Counted from the stretch's first letter, positions 26,846-35,941 are shown. The stretch: DNA of 64,000 nucleotides from an uncultured Acidimicrobiales bacterium (GCA_938038815.1 CALHTF010000008.1:24296-88295); one strand, 5' to 3'. The notes: a model not told the origin generated them from the sequence alone. Numbers and translations are program-made.

Positions 26846-28308
26846 TGAACGAAATTCGTACCGAACTCAACATCCGCCTCGAAGCCATCCGCTCGCTGCT
26901 GCTCGAATCGATGGCGCTGGTCGCCACCCGCGTCGACGAGGTCACCGAAGTGTTCCTCAGCCGCGATGTTGCCGGCGCCGACCGTATCATCTCCGCCGAC
27001 GACGAATTCGACCTCATTGCCCAGCAGATCGAAGACCTGTGCATCGAGACACTCATCCGTGAGCAACCGGTGGCGAGCGATTTACGCACCATCGTCGCCG
27101 CGATGCACATGAACTCCGACATCGAGCGCAGCGGCGACTTGTGCGCCAACATCGCCAAGGCGGTTGGTCGCCTCCAAGGAATCCAAGTAGACGACAAGGT
27201 TCGCGACCTGATCGTACGTATGGCCGCCCAAGCCAAGGTGCTCTTCGAACGCTCGGTTGAAGCCTACGACGGGCTCGACGCCGAACTCGCGAAATCGATC
27301 GACGCGCTCGACGACGTACTCGACGACCTGCATCGCGACTACATCCAGATGGTGATCCAGGAAGCCAAACACGGCGACATGGTCCCCCAACAGTCGCTGC
27401 AGTTTGCGCTGATCGGCCGGTTCTACGAACGAATTGGCGACCACGCAGAGAACCTGGGCGAGCGCATTCGTTACATCGTCGACGGATGGACCCCTGAACG
27501 CGAGGGCGCCGAACGGGCGAAGGCGCGAGCCGAAGCCGAGTCGCCCGAGATCCAAGACGAAGAAGTCCGCAGCCGTGGTCTTGCCGTGATCGACTCGATC
27601 AGTGAAGAACGACGCATCGATGCCACCCGACGGGACTTTGTGGCCAACGTGAGCCACGAGCTCAAGACGCCGGTCGGTGCTGTGGTACTGCTCGCCGAAA
27701 CGATGCAGGACGCCAACGAGGAAGAGCGAACACGCCTCGTCGAGCATCTCAACCAAGAAGCGCGTCGAATGGAAAGCATTATCGACGACCTGCTCGAACT
27801 CACCCGACTCGAAGAGTTCGACGCCAGCAAAGAGGTTGTCTCGCTTGACGAAACCGTGATGATGGCCGTCGACCTCGCCCGCGGCTTCGCCGAAGCCCGG
27901 AGCATCGATGTCGCCGTAGTTGGTATGCCGAGCTCGGTTTCGATCGAGGGAGATCAGCGCCAGATCGTTCGTGCACTGGTCAACCTGATCGACAACGCGG
28001 CCCGCTACTCCGAGTCCGGCACCCAGGTGACCGTTACCATCGATCCCCTGGTCGACGCGGTCGACATCGCGGTGAGCGACACCGGCATCGGTATTGCCCG
28101 ACCCGAACTCGAACGGATCTTCGAACGGTTCTACCGGGTCGACCGGGCCCGCAGCCGGGCCACCGGCGGCACCGGCCTTGGCCTGTCGATCGTGCGCCAT
28201 GTCGCCGACAACCATCAGGGCCGCATCCTGGTTGACTCAAAACCCGACGAGGGCTCGACCTTCACCTTGCAGCTACCCAAGCATGAGGCGGACGCTGCGT
28301 CGTCATGA
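26845..28308 (+). CDS. PhoU-domain / histidine-kinase fusion protein (cytoplasmic PhoR/SenX3-like kinase core with N-terminal PhoU)
   Basis: Residues ~1-213 form a two-repeat PhoU fold (DDEFD...DIERSGD; ERIGDHAENLGERI). The kinase core follows: H-box FVANVSHELKTP (His codon at nt 27655), N-box LIDNAARYS, G1 DTGIGI and G2 GGTGLGLSIV. There is no hydrophobic segment. The start overlaps the pstB stop (TAATG). Confidence 0.85.
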   Translation: MNEIRTELNIRLEAIRSLLLESMALVATRVDEVTEVFLSRDVAGADRIISADDEFDLIAQQIEDLCIETLIREQPVASDLRTIVAAMHMNSDIERSGDLCANIAKAVGRLQGIQVDDKVRDLIVRMAAQAKVLFERSVEAYDGLDAELAKSIDALDDVLDDLHRDYIQMVIQEAKHGDMVPQQSLQFALIGRFYERIGDHAENLGERIRYIVDGWTPEREGAERAKARAEAESPEIQDEEVRSRGLAVIDSISEERRIDATRRDFVANVSHELKTPVGAVVLLAETMQDANEEERTRLVEHLNQEARRMESIIDDLLELTRLEEFDASKEVVSLDETVMMAVDLARGFAEARSIDVAVVGMPSSVSIEGDQRQIVRALVNLIDNAARYSESGTQVTVTIDPLVDAVDIAVSDTGIGIARPELERIFERFYRVDRARSRATGGTGLGLSIVRHVADNHQGRILVDSKPDEGSTFTLQLPKHEADAASS

Positions 28309-28997
28309 CCGACACGACCGTGCTCGTTGTCGACGATGAGCCCGCGTTTCGCGAAGGCCTGAACCTGGCCCTGCGCAAAGAGGGTTTCGAAGTGCACCTC
28401 GCCGAAGACGGCGAGCGGGCAGTCGAATTGTTCGCGTCGATCAAGCCCCAGATCGTGTTGCTCGACGTCATGTTGCCTCGAATGTCGGGGATCGACGTGT
28501 GCCGCCATATCCGGGCCGAGGGCAACACCCCGGTCATCATGGTGTCGGCCCGCTCAGAGGAGATCGATGCCGTCGTCGCCCTGGAAGTGGGGGCCGACGA
28601 TTACATCACCAAGCCCTACCGGCTTCGTGAATTGGTGGCCCGAATGCGCACCGTGTTGCGCCGTAGTGGCCAAAGCGAAGCCCCGGCCGAGGACAAAGAC
28701 GTCCTGGTCGTCGACGACCTCAGTCTCGACCCCGAACGGCACGAGGTACGCCGAGCCGGCGAACTGATCGAGTTGCCGCTCAAGGAGTTTCAGGTACTTG
28801 CGTTGTTGATGGCGAACGCCGGATACGTGGTTACCCGTGACGATCTGATCAACCGGGTGTGGGGATACGACTACTACGGCGACACCAAGACCCTCGATGT
28901 TCACATCAAGCGTCTGCGCTCAAAACTCGAGGATGATCCTGCCTCGCCGTCCAAGATCGTTACGATCCGTGGACTCGGCTACAAGATGACCGCCTGA
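28305..28997 (+). CDS. OmpR/PhoB-family response regulator (RegX3/PhoP-like)
   Basis: It has a receiver domain (VLVVDDEP...LLDVMLP...KPY) plus a winged-helix trans_reg_C (TLDVHIKRLRSKLE...IVTIRGLGYKM). The ATG overlaps the kinase TGA (ATGA). Confidence 0.9.
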   Translation: MTDTTVLVVDDEPAFREGLNLALRKEGFEVHLAEDGERAVELFASIKPQIVLLDVMLPRMSGIDVCRHIRAEGNTPVIMVSARSEEIDAVVALEVGADDYITKPYRLRELVARMRTVLRRSGQSEAPAEDKDVLVVDDLSLDPERHEVRRAGELIELPLKEFQVLALLMANAGYVVTRDDLINRVWGYDYYGDTKTLDVHIKRLRSKLEDDPASPSKIVTIRGLGYKMTA

Positions 28998-28999
28998 GG

Positions 29000-30388
29000 T
29001 TAGTCGTACAACAAGTACGGCTCTCGCTGCTCGAGGAATGGCGTGAAGGACTCCTGCATCTCGGCGAGGATTTGTTCGGCCGCCACTCCGCCATCTAGGG
29101 CCCGCCGGAGCCGTTTGGTACCCGACAACAGATCGAACGCACTCTGGCGGTTGATGATCGACCCTTCGCCCGCCGCGCTGGCTTGGGTTTGGAACGCCGA
29201 ATGAACATGCACCGTCGTGGCTACCGGGTCAAAGATGTACATATCGTCGAATTCCAGCAGGACTCCGTGGAGTTCTTCGCCGGTCAGTCGGGGCTCGCCG
29301 CTGTTGCGGGGCAGTTTGCGAGGCGAGAAGGTGGTTGGGACAAACCGGACTCCCGGCAATCCAACCGCATTGAGCGTCTCGGCAAGAGCATCGCCGTCGG
29401 CCCATGGCGCACCAAACCGAAAGAACGGCTCGTCGGTGCCGCCGCCATAGCTCAGCTCGGTGGCTTCAAACAGGACCGAACCCGGGTAGGCCAACGCCGA
29501 GGGGAACTCCGGTAGTCCTGAGCTAGGCGGTATCCAGGTCAGGCCCGTGTCGGGCCAGAGCATGTCGCGGGTCCAGCCGTCGAGTTCGACAACTTCAACG
29601 TTGAGCCCCTCGACGTTGTCCATCCAGGCTTCACCGACCACCGCTCGGGCCAACTCACCGCTGGTCATGGCGTACTGCGAAGGCACTGGATACGGGCCAA
29701 TAAACGATGTTTGGGGTTCTTCGAGCACATAACCGCCCACCGTGTCGCCCCCGACCGGGTTGGGCCGGTCAAGCACCACGAACCGGGTGCCGGTCTGGGC
29801 GGCGGTTTCCATCGCCAAACCCATGGTGGCGATATAGGTGTAGAAACGGCTGCCCACATCTTGAAGATCAAAAACCAGAACATCGATATCGGCGAGGTGG
29901 TCAGCTGTTGGCTGGCGGATCTCGCCGTACAAGCTCACGATCGGTAGGCCACTGCCCGGATCGAGCGAGTCGCCGATCTCCTCACCCGCCGCGCCCTTAC
30001 CTCGCAGGCCGTGCTCGGGGGCAAAGATCCGCACCAACTCCACGTTGGGCGCATTGTTGAGAACATCGACGAGGTGTTCACCGCCGACGGTCGATGCCTG
30101 GTTGGCGATCAGACCAACCCGTTGACCATCCAGAATGGCGAAGTTGCTGGCCACGAGGCGGGCCGCGCCGGTGGTGACCGCCGGTGGCGGCAGCGTTGTG
30201 GTAGTACTCGTGGTCGGGGTTGGCGTGGTTGGCGGTGCCGCCGCCGTGGTCGGTGCTACCGAAGTGGCGGCGGTGGCCGGGTTCGAGGTCGGCGCAAAGG
30301 AAGGACGGGCGTCCTCTGGCACCCCGCCACATGCGGTGAGCACGAGGCAAAAGCCCAGGGAGACAACGAGCGGACGCCATCGATTCAC
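29000..30388 (-). CDS. DUF1343-family lipoprotein (NamZ-like exo-beta-N-acetylmuramidase family)
   Basis: It has the lipobox LVLTAC, a Pro/Thr-rich linker, and DUF1343-type motifs (GLIANQAS, FAPEHGLRG, VFDLQDVGSRFYTY). Confidence 0.75.
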   Translation of the reverse strand: MNRWRPLVVSLGFCLVLTACGGVPEDARPSFAPTSNPATAATSVAPTTAAAPPTTPTPTTSTTTTLPPPAVTTGAARLVASNFAILDGQRVGLIANQASTVGGEHLVDVLNNAPNVELVRIFAPEHGLRGKGAAGEEIGDSLDPGSGLPIVSLYGEIRQPTADHLADIDVLVFDLQDVGSRFYTYIATMGLAMETAAQTGTRFVVLDRPNPVGGDTVGGYVLEEPQTSFIGPYPVPSQYAMTSGELARAVVGEAWMDNVEGLNVEVVELDGWTRDMLWPDTGLTWIPPSSGLPEFPSALAYPGSVLFEATELSYGGGTDEPFFRFGAPWADGDALAETLNAVGLPGVRFVPTTFSPRKLPRNSGEPRLTGEELHGVLLEFDDMYIFDPVATTVHVHSAFQTQASAAGEGSIINRQSAFDLLSGTKRLRRALDGGVAAEQILAEMQESFTPFLEQREPYLLYD

Positions 30389-30528
30389 CGCTCGATCCTA
30401 GCGGTTCAACGCCCTGGTTCTTTGGGCGATCGTTAGGGGAGAAACCTGCTCAAAGACCATCTGAGCGAGATCGGCCGCCGATATCGTACGCGTTTCACAT
30501 CTGGTTCCCCAACACTCCCCCAGGTACC

Positions 30529-31992
30529 ATGCCTTCCCTCATGTCCTTTGTTTCACCGGTACCCGCGCCCGGTCCGCCAGGCGCTGCAGTTTCGGCGGTT
30601 CCACCCACCCGACGACGCCCGCTCCGGCGCAGCTTGGTGGCGTTGGTTCTCGGCTCGCTGCTCTTCTCGATGCTTTCGGTGGTGAACCAGGCGCCCGCCG
30701 AGGCCGGTAGCGTCGACCACTACGGCTGCTTCCCGACCCGATCACGGGGCCGCAAGGTCAAGGTGTACGACAGCAACCAACTCCGAGCTGCGCTGGCCGA
30801 CCGCCGCCCGGGCGACGACATTCGGGTAGCGATCACCGGCGACGTCGACCCGTTTCAGCTGCTCGACGGCACCGGCGGCCGCTCAGGCGAATGGATCACG
30901 ATTCGGGCCGCCAAAGGCCATTCGCCAAAGATCAACGCCCAAGGGTTCGCTGGCATCCAAATCCAGGTGCCCTACATCCAGGTTTGTGGTTTTGAAATCG
31001 TCGGGGTCGCCAACCGGTCGAACCAGACCGAACAAACCAAGGTCGGCGTGGCCATTATCCATACCGACCACGTTCGGGTCGCCGACAACGAGGTCTACAG
31101 CTTCTCGAGTAGCGGCATCACCGCCAATCACTCAAACAACATCGAAATCGTGGGCAACCACGTGCACCACAACTCCTACTGGAGCCCCGAACAGGGTTCG
31201 GGAATCTCGATCTTTAAGCCCAACAAAGACCGAGGGTCGATGAACGACCAGTACCAAATTCACATCGCGGGCAACAAGGTTCACCACAACATCAACCGGG
31301 TTGCGTCGTTTCGCAACGGGTTCACCGCCGCTACCGACGGCAACGGCATCATCCTCGACGATTTCCGCAACCTCTTTGGCGACGACGGACACGGCGCATT
31401 CACCGGCCGGTCCTTGGTCGCCAACAACGTGATCTACCAGAACGGTGGACGCGGCATTCACGCTGCGCCGAACGGCGGACTGCGAGTCCACATCGTGAAC
31501 AACACCGCCTACCACAACATGCAGTCGCTGCGGAACGAGCGCATCGGGTACGACGCCTGGGCCGAAGCCGAAATCAGTGTCGCCGGGGCCGCCAACTCCC
31601 GGTCGCTCGATATCAAGGTGGTCAACAACATCGCCATCAGCGACCCGTCGCTTCGATCAAAAGGGGCGCTGGCGTTCTTCCGGAACAACATTGGCGACTC
31701 GACGATCGAAGAACACCACAACAGCTTCAACGGCGCAGCCGAGCGCGACTTCTACCAGTACCCCGGTATCCCGTGGGCCAATGGACCCCACTCGTTGGGT
31801 CGCGGCTCGACCACGACGGCTGACATTTCGTTCGTCAATCCCGAAAAGGGCGACTTCCGGCTCGCCAAACGGGCCCCGAAGGGCAAGAACGACTGGAATA
31901 CCTGGCTAGGTAATCAAGACATCGACAACGTCAAGCGGCCGAAGGGCAAGCACCAAGAACGCGGCGCTCACGAATACAAGAAGCGCCGCTAG
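30529..31992 (+). CDS. Secreted right-handed parallel beta-helix repeat protein
   Basis: It has an N-terminal signal-like segment and repeated N-x-[IV]-x-x-N-x-[IVA]-[HY]-x-N turns (NNIEIVGNHVHHN, GNKVHHN, NNVIYQN, NNTAYHN), as in pectate-lyase-fold proteins. Confidence 0.75.
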   Translation: MPSLMSFVSPVPAPGPPGAAVSAVPPTRRRPLRRSLVALVLGSLLFSMLSVVNQAPAEAGSVDHYGCFPTRSRGRKVKVYDSNQLRAALADRRPGDDIRVAITGDVDPFQLLDGTGGRSGEWITIRAAKGHSPKINAQGFAGIQIQVPYIQVCGFEIVGVANRSNQTEQTKVGVAIIHTDHVRVADNEVYSFSSSGITANHSNNIEIVGNHVHHNSYWSPEQGSGISIFKPNKDRGSMNDQYQIHIAGNKVHHNINRVASFRNGFTAATDGNGIILDDFRNLFGDDGHGAFTGRSLVANNVIYQNGGRGIHAAPNGGLRVHIVNNTAYHNMQSLRNERIGYDAWAEAEISVAGAANSRSLDIKVVNNIAISDPSLRSKGALAFFRNNIGDSTIEEHHNSFNGAAERDFYQYPGIPWANGPHSLGRGSTTTADISFVNPEKGDFRLAKRAPKGKNDWNTWLGNQDIDNVKRPKGKHQERGAHEYKKRR

Positions 31993-31995
31993 GCG

Positions 31996-32562
31996 TTACA
32001 GGCTTTCGACGCCCAGTTCTTCGTGGATCTGGCCGATCTGTTGGTCGTCGAGGCCGAGGCCACCGGCGAGGTCGCGCAGATAGTCGACCTCGGCTTGGTT
32101 GTCGACGTTGATCGCCAGAAGCGACACCGCGTACGCCTGGGCGCCGAGGCCACCGGGAACCGTGCGGGCAAACGCCGAGGCGTCGATGAACGGGCCGTTG
32201 AGTTGGTCGCGTAGGTAGGCTTCTTCTTCGCCTGAAAGGTCGCCGAGTTGGCCAATGATGCTGTCGACCTCGGACTGGTCGACCTGACCATCGGACTTGG
32301 CCGAATTCACCATGGCGTTGATCAGGACTTCAGCCTGTTGATCGTCGAGGCCGTCGCTGGCTTCGGCCTTGTCGTCGCCGCCTCCGCCGAGCAATCCGCC
32401 AAGACCACCGAGCATTCCACCCGCACCGCGAGCGCCCCGCCCGGCGAGCATCGAGCCGGCAAGGCTACCGATCATTCGTCCGGTGCGGCCGCCCACCATG
32501 CCGCCGAGCATGCCGCCGGCGCCGCTTCCGAGCAGGCTTCCGAGAAGTCGAGTGAAGTTCAT
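31996..32562 (-). CDS. DUF533 / TerB-like (YebE-like) protein
   Basis: It has a Gly-rich N-terminus, then a TerB-like helical domain (LINAMVNSAKSDGQVDQSEVDSI...YAVSLLAINVDNQAEVDYLRDLA). Confidence 0.7.
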   Translation of the reverse strand: MNFTRLLGSLLGSGAGGMLGGMVGGRTGRMIGSLAGSMLAGRGARGAGGMLGGLGGLLGGGGDDKAEASDGLDDQQAEVLINAMVNSAKSDGQVDQSEVDSIIGQLGDLSGEEEAYLRDQLNGPFIDASAFARTVPGGLGAQAYAVSLLAINVDNQAEVDYLRDLAGGLGLDDQQIGQIHEELGVESL

Positions 32563-32677
32563 TGTGGGGGTTCTCCTTGTGGGGGTAGAAGCTCCAACTT
32601 AGTGCCACCGGCGCATCGGTGCGTGCGTGTGGCGCGACGACTTGTCGGGCTGGCGCGAATTCGGTTGGGATGGACCT

Positions 32678-33889
32678 ATGCGTCGTACCTTGGCCGCGGT
32701 CATCCTTGGCCCATCCCTGTTGTTGGCTTCCCTGGCGTGGTCAGCGTTTGGCCTGCTCAACACGATGCTCAATCCTGAACGGTCCGAAAAGGTCGCAACC
32801 GTGCTGCTCGACGATCCAATCGTGCAACAGCAGTTGCGCGAAACGGTTGCCGGCGCGGTGGGGAGCCAACTCCCCGACGCCGTCCCGGTATCGGAGCAAA
32901 TGCTGGAAGACGGCGCTGGCATTGCGCTCGACAACCCGGCGGTCGAACTGGTCATTCGCGACGCGTTCGTCCAAGCTCATCAGGCGTTCTTGGGTGAAGC
33001 GGAGATTCCCAGCGAAGTCGACTTGGGTGCGGCGGCGGGTGATGTGCGCTCGAATACCTTGGCCGATATACCCGGTGCGAACGAACTGTTGCCCGAGAGC
33101 CCGAGCCTTACCATCGACCTTCCCACCCAGAACATCCCGAACCTGGGTGGCTTTCGCCGTTGGTTGGCTCGGGTGGCGCCCCTGATGGCGCTCGCTGCAG
33201 TCGCCGGAGTCGGACTCGCCCTGCTCACGACGACCGACCGTCCAAAGGTGCTTCGTCGAGCGGGCGTGTGGGCGCTTGGTGCCTCGGTGGTTTGGTTGAT
33301 CCTCAACCTGGCGGTCCCGTGGGCGGCGAACGAATGGTTCTCGGGCCAGGCGGCGATCGCCGCGTCGTTGATCGATGCCATGTTCGGCGAGATGCTGCGA
33401 CCAGCATTGGTGCTCGCCGGACTCGGTATTGGGCTCTTCGTTGCCTCGCTGGTCGTACCGGTCGTGCAACGAACGTCGGGGCGGGCCTCCCGGACCGATG
33501 GTGGCGTCGTGATGCGCCGCTCCAACGATCTCGCCGGAGGGTTACCCGAGCCGCTCTATCAGGCCCCGGCTCGACCGGCTCGCACACCCCAACCCCTCCC
33601 CGACTCGCCACCGGTGATTCCGCCTCCGGCCCGGCCTACCGCCAGTGCTGCACCGACTGTTGCGCCCCAAGCCGCGCCTGGACCAGCACCCGCCAGCGAG
33701 CCCAAACCTCCGCCGGTGGAGCAGGAGTGGATACCCGGCGTTGGCTACGTCGACCCTGGAAGCGCCCCGGCGGCGGAGCCGACCCCGGAGCCGCCACCCG
33801 CTCCTTCGGCTGCACCGCCCGCGCCAGAACCAAAGCCAGAACCAACCTGGATCCCAGGCGTCGGGTATGTCGACGACCCACCGGAATGA
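32678..33889 (+). CDS. Membrane protein with a proline-rich C-terminal tail carrying two WIPGVGYVD motifs
   Basis: It has several TM segments (MRRTLAAVILGPSLLLASLAWSA; ALAAVAGVGLALL; VWALGASVVWLILNLAV; LVLAGLGIGLFVASLVV) and a P/A-rich tail. I prefer ATG 32678 over 32627. Confidence 0.65.
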   Translation: MRRTLAAVILGPSLLLASLAWSAFGLLNTMLNPERSEKVATVLLDDPIVQQQLRETVAGAVGSQLPDAVPVSEQMLEDGAGIALDNPAVELVIRDAFVQAHQAFLGEAEIPSEVDLGAAAGDVRSNTLADIPGANELLPESPSLTIDLPTQNIPNLGGFRRWLARVAPLMALAAVAGVGLALLTTTDRPKVLRRAGVWALGASVVWLILNLAVPWAANEWFSGQAAIAASLIDAMFGEMLRPALVLAGLGIGLFVASLVVPVVQRTSGRASRTDGGVVMRRSNDLAGGLPEPLYQAPARPARTPQPLPDSPPVIPPPARPTASAAPTVAPQAAPGPAPASEPKPPPVEQEWIPGVGYVDPGSAPAAEPTPEPPPAPSAAPPAPEPKPEPTWIPGVGYVDDPPE

Positions 33890-34012
33890 CCATCGCCGAA
33901 GAAATTCTTCGTTGGTTATGTTGCTTGTGTTGTCAACGGAAAGTGGTGTTGTTGTTGTGGCTACGGCCAGTGACGCTTTGACCGCGGCAGGTAGTTCCAC
34001 AACAATGGTGCG

Positions 34013-35113
34013 ATGCCACTGGTCACCGCACCCTCCACGCCACGGCGCCCCGATGCTGCGGCCGGCTACGAGGTCGACGCAACGGAGGTCTTATTCCCCG
34101 AACCAGACCGCCGCCGCCCCTTTGAACTAGGGCTGGTCGCGGGAGTGGTTGCGGTCGCGTTGGGACTCGTCGTCGTTGGGTACCGACAAGACAGTCGCCA
34201 GTCGCTCGACGAACTTACGGCGCCGACCGCCCAGATCGTGGTCGACACGCAACCCCGTCCTGTTCCCACCACCGTTGCCGACGCTGCACCGGCGTCGTCG
34301 GCCGCGCCGATTGTGCTCGACTTCTCGGGCGTCGACCTCACGGGCAACGGTACCGTTGCCCCGCCATCGCTCGGCGACGAGTTCGAACCCCGCGGGCCCG
34401 TAGCGACCGAACCCCCGGCTACCACTACCTCAGCCGCTCCGCCCACCACCGAAGCGTTGGTTGAGCCCGAGGTGGCCGCTGAACAGCCGGCCGAAACCGG
34501 AGCCGAGGACCTGAGCGACGACGCCGGTCCGCTCGCCGACGCTCTGCCCGCCCCAACGGCCACCACGCGCCACGTTCCTCCGGTGCTCTTTGGCGACAAC
34601 GCGGTCGACGGACCAGTGATCGGAACGGTCACCATTGAGGGTCAGGTCGCCACCGACCGCCAAGCAGCCGAACTCGTCGAGCTGGTCGAGGGTGTCTTTG
34701 GCGCCGAACTCGTCGTCAACAACTCGGCGGTCGGGCCTGCTGGCCAGACCGGCGCGGTTGCGAACATCCGGATCAGTGATGCGGCGCTCTTTACGACCAA
34801 GCGGGGCAGCATCGACTCTTCGGTCTTGCCCATGCTCGAACGCATCGTTGTGCTGCTTCGCTTGGCACCCAACGCCACGATGACCGTGGTCGGCCACACC
34901 GACAGCGTTGGTGTACCCGAGGAGAACATCGACTTGAGCCGTCGTCGGGCTGAGTCGGTCATCAACTACCTTGAGTTTCGCTCGATTTCGGCCGATCGGC
35001 TTCGGGCCGAGGGCGTCGGGTCGAACTACCCCATCGCCAGCGACGACACCGAAGAGGGTCGCAACGCCAATCGGCGTATCGAGATCGTGATCGAGGGCGT
35101 CCGGCCAGCGTAA
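34013..35113 (+). CDS. OmpA/MotB-domain (peptidoglycan-binding) membrane-anchored protein
   Basis: It has a single N-terminal TM (LGLVAGVVAVALGLVVVGY), a P/T/A-rich linker, and a C-terminal OmpA-like domain (TVVGHTDSVGVPEENIDLSRRRAESV...NRRIEIV). Confidence 0.85.
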   Translation: MPLVTAPSTPRRPDAAAGYEVDATEVLFPEPDRRRPFELGLVAGVVAVALGLVVVGYRQDSRQSLDELTAPTAQIVVDTQPRPVPTTVADAAPASSAAPIVLDFSGVDLTGNGTVAPPSLGDEFEPRGPVATEPPATTTSAAPPTTEALVEPEVAAEQPAETGAEDLSDDAGPLADALPAPTATTRHVPPVLFGDNAVDGPVIGTVTIEGQVATDRQAAELVELVEGVFGAELVVNNSAVGPAGQTGAVANIRISDAALFTTKRGSIDSSVLPMLERIVVLLRLAPNATMTVVGHTDSVGVPEENIDLSRRRAESVINYLEFRSISADRLRAEGVGSNYPIASDDTEEGRNANRRIEIVIEGVRPA

Positions 35114-35131
35114 CTCCCGTACGCTGTCGGG

Positions 35132-35941
35132 GTGACCCGACTGCTGCTGACCAACGACGACGGTATCGACTCTCCCGCATTGCTCCCGACCTACCGGGCG
35201 CTGCGCGACCTGTTCGACGACGTCACGATCGTGGTGCCGTCGATCGAACGGAGCTGGATCGGTAAAGCAATAACCCGCCATGGCGAACTCGAGGTCACCG
35301 AACACCAGCGCGAAGGCGTAACCATTCACGCCGTGTCGGGATACCCGGCCGACTGCACCCAGCTCGGGTTGTTCCACCTGGCCGATACGCCCGCCGATCT
35401 GGTGGTGTCGGGAATCAATATCGGGGCCAACCACAGCACGGCGTTTGCGGCGGGCAGTGGGACCCTGGGCGCCGCTATCGAAGCGTCGCTCGCCGGAGTT
35501 CCAGGCCTGGCCTTCTCCGCCACCAGCAGCCGAGAAAACTTCGCCGAATGGAATGCCGCCATGCGCGAATCGGCCTCCACTCTGGCATGGGAGAACCTTG
35601 CGTCAGCAATTCGAAGCATCGTAATCGACGTGCGCGATAACGGACTCCCGCCCGACGTCGATATCTTGACGATCAACCTGCCCGAAACCACCACCGACGC
35701 CACCCCGCACCGGGTAACGCCGCTTGGTGAAACCGAGTATGGATCGCTGTTTGGCAAGAAACGGCCCGGCGTGTACGAGCATGCCTGGCACGGCACCATC
35801 ACGGCCAAGAACGGGGCGAGCCTCGAGGGCACCGATATCGAGGTGTGCCTCGACGACGGAGCGATCACGATCACTCCCCTGCGGGTCGCTGCCCAGTCGG
35901 TCACCACCGACGAGATGCGAGCCCGGTTCACCAGGCACTAA
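35132..35941 (+). CDS. surE: 5'/3'-nucleotidase SurE
   Basis: It has the hallmark N-terminus LLTNDDGIDSPAL and the GINIGAN motif. At 269 aa, the length is right. Confidence 0.9.
   Translation: MTRLLLTNDDGIDSPALLPTYRALRDLFDDVTIVVPSIERSWIGKAITRHGELEVTEHQREGVTIHAVSGYPADCTQLGLFHLADTPADLVVSGINIGANHSTAFAAGSGTLGAAIEASLAGVPGLAFSATSSRENFAEWNAAMRESASTLAWENLASAIRSIVIDVRDNGLPPDVDILTINLPETTTDATPHRVTPLGETEYGSLFGKKRPGVYEHAWHGTITAKNGASLEGTDIEVCLDDGAITITPLRVAAQSVTTDEMRARFTRH

Noticed and set aside
30135-30330. Low-complexity Pro/Thr/Ala-coding stretch, considered as a repeat element
   Set aside because: It encodes the PT-rich linker after the lipobox of the NamZ-like lipoprotein. It shows compositional bias rather than a DNA repeat family.
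30389-30528. PHO-box-like GTTCA words (GGTTCAACGCC, GGTTCTTTGGG, GTTTCACATCT) between the NamZ-like and beta-helix genes; this leader was also considered as a riboswitch
   Set aside because: The units are not in 11-nt register (offsets of 12-13 nt) and match the consensus poorly. I could not recognise any known riboswitch core.
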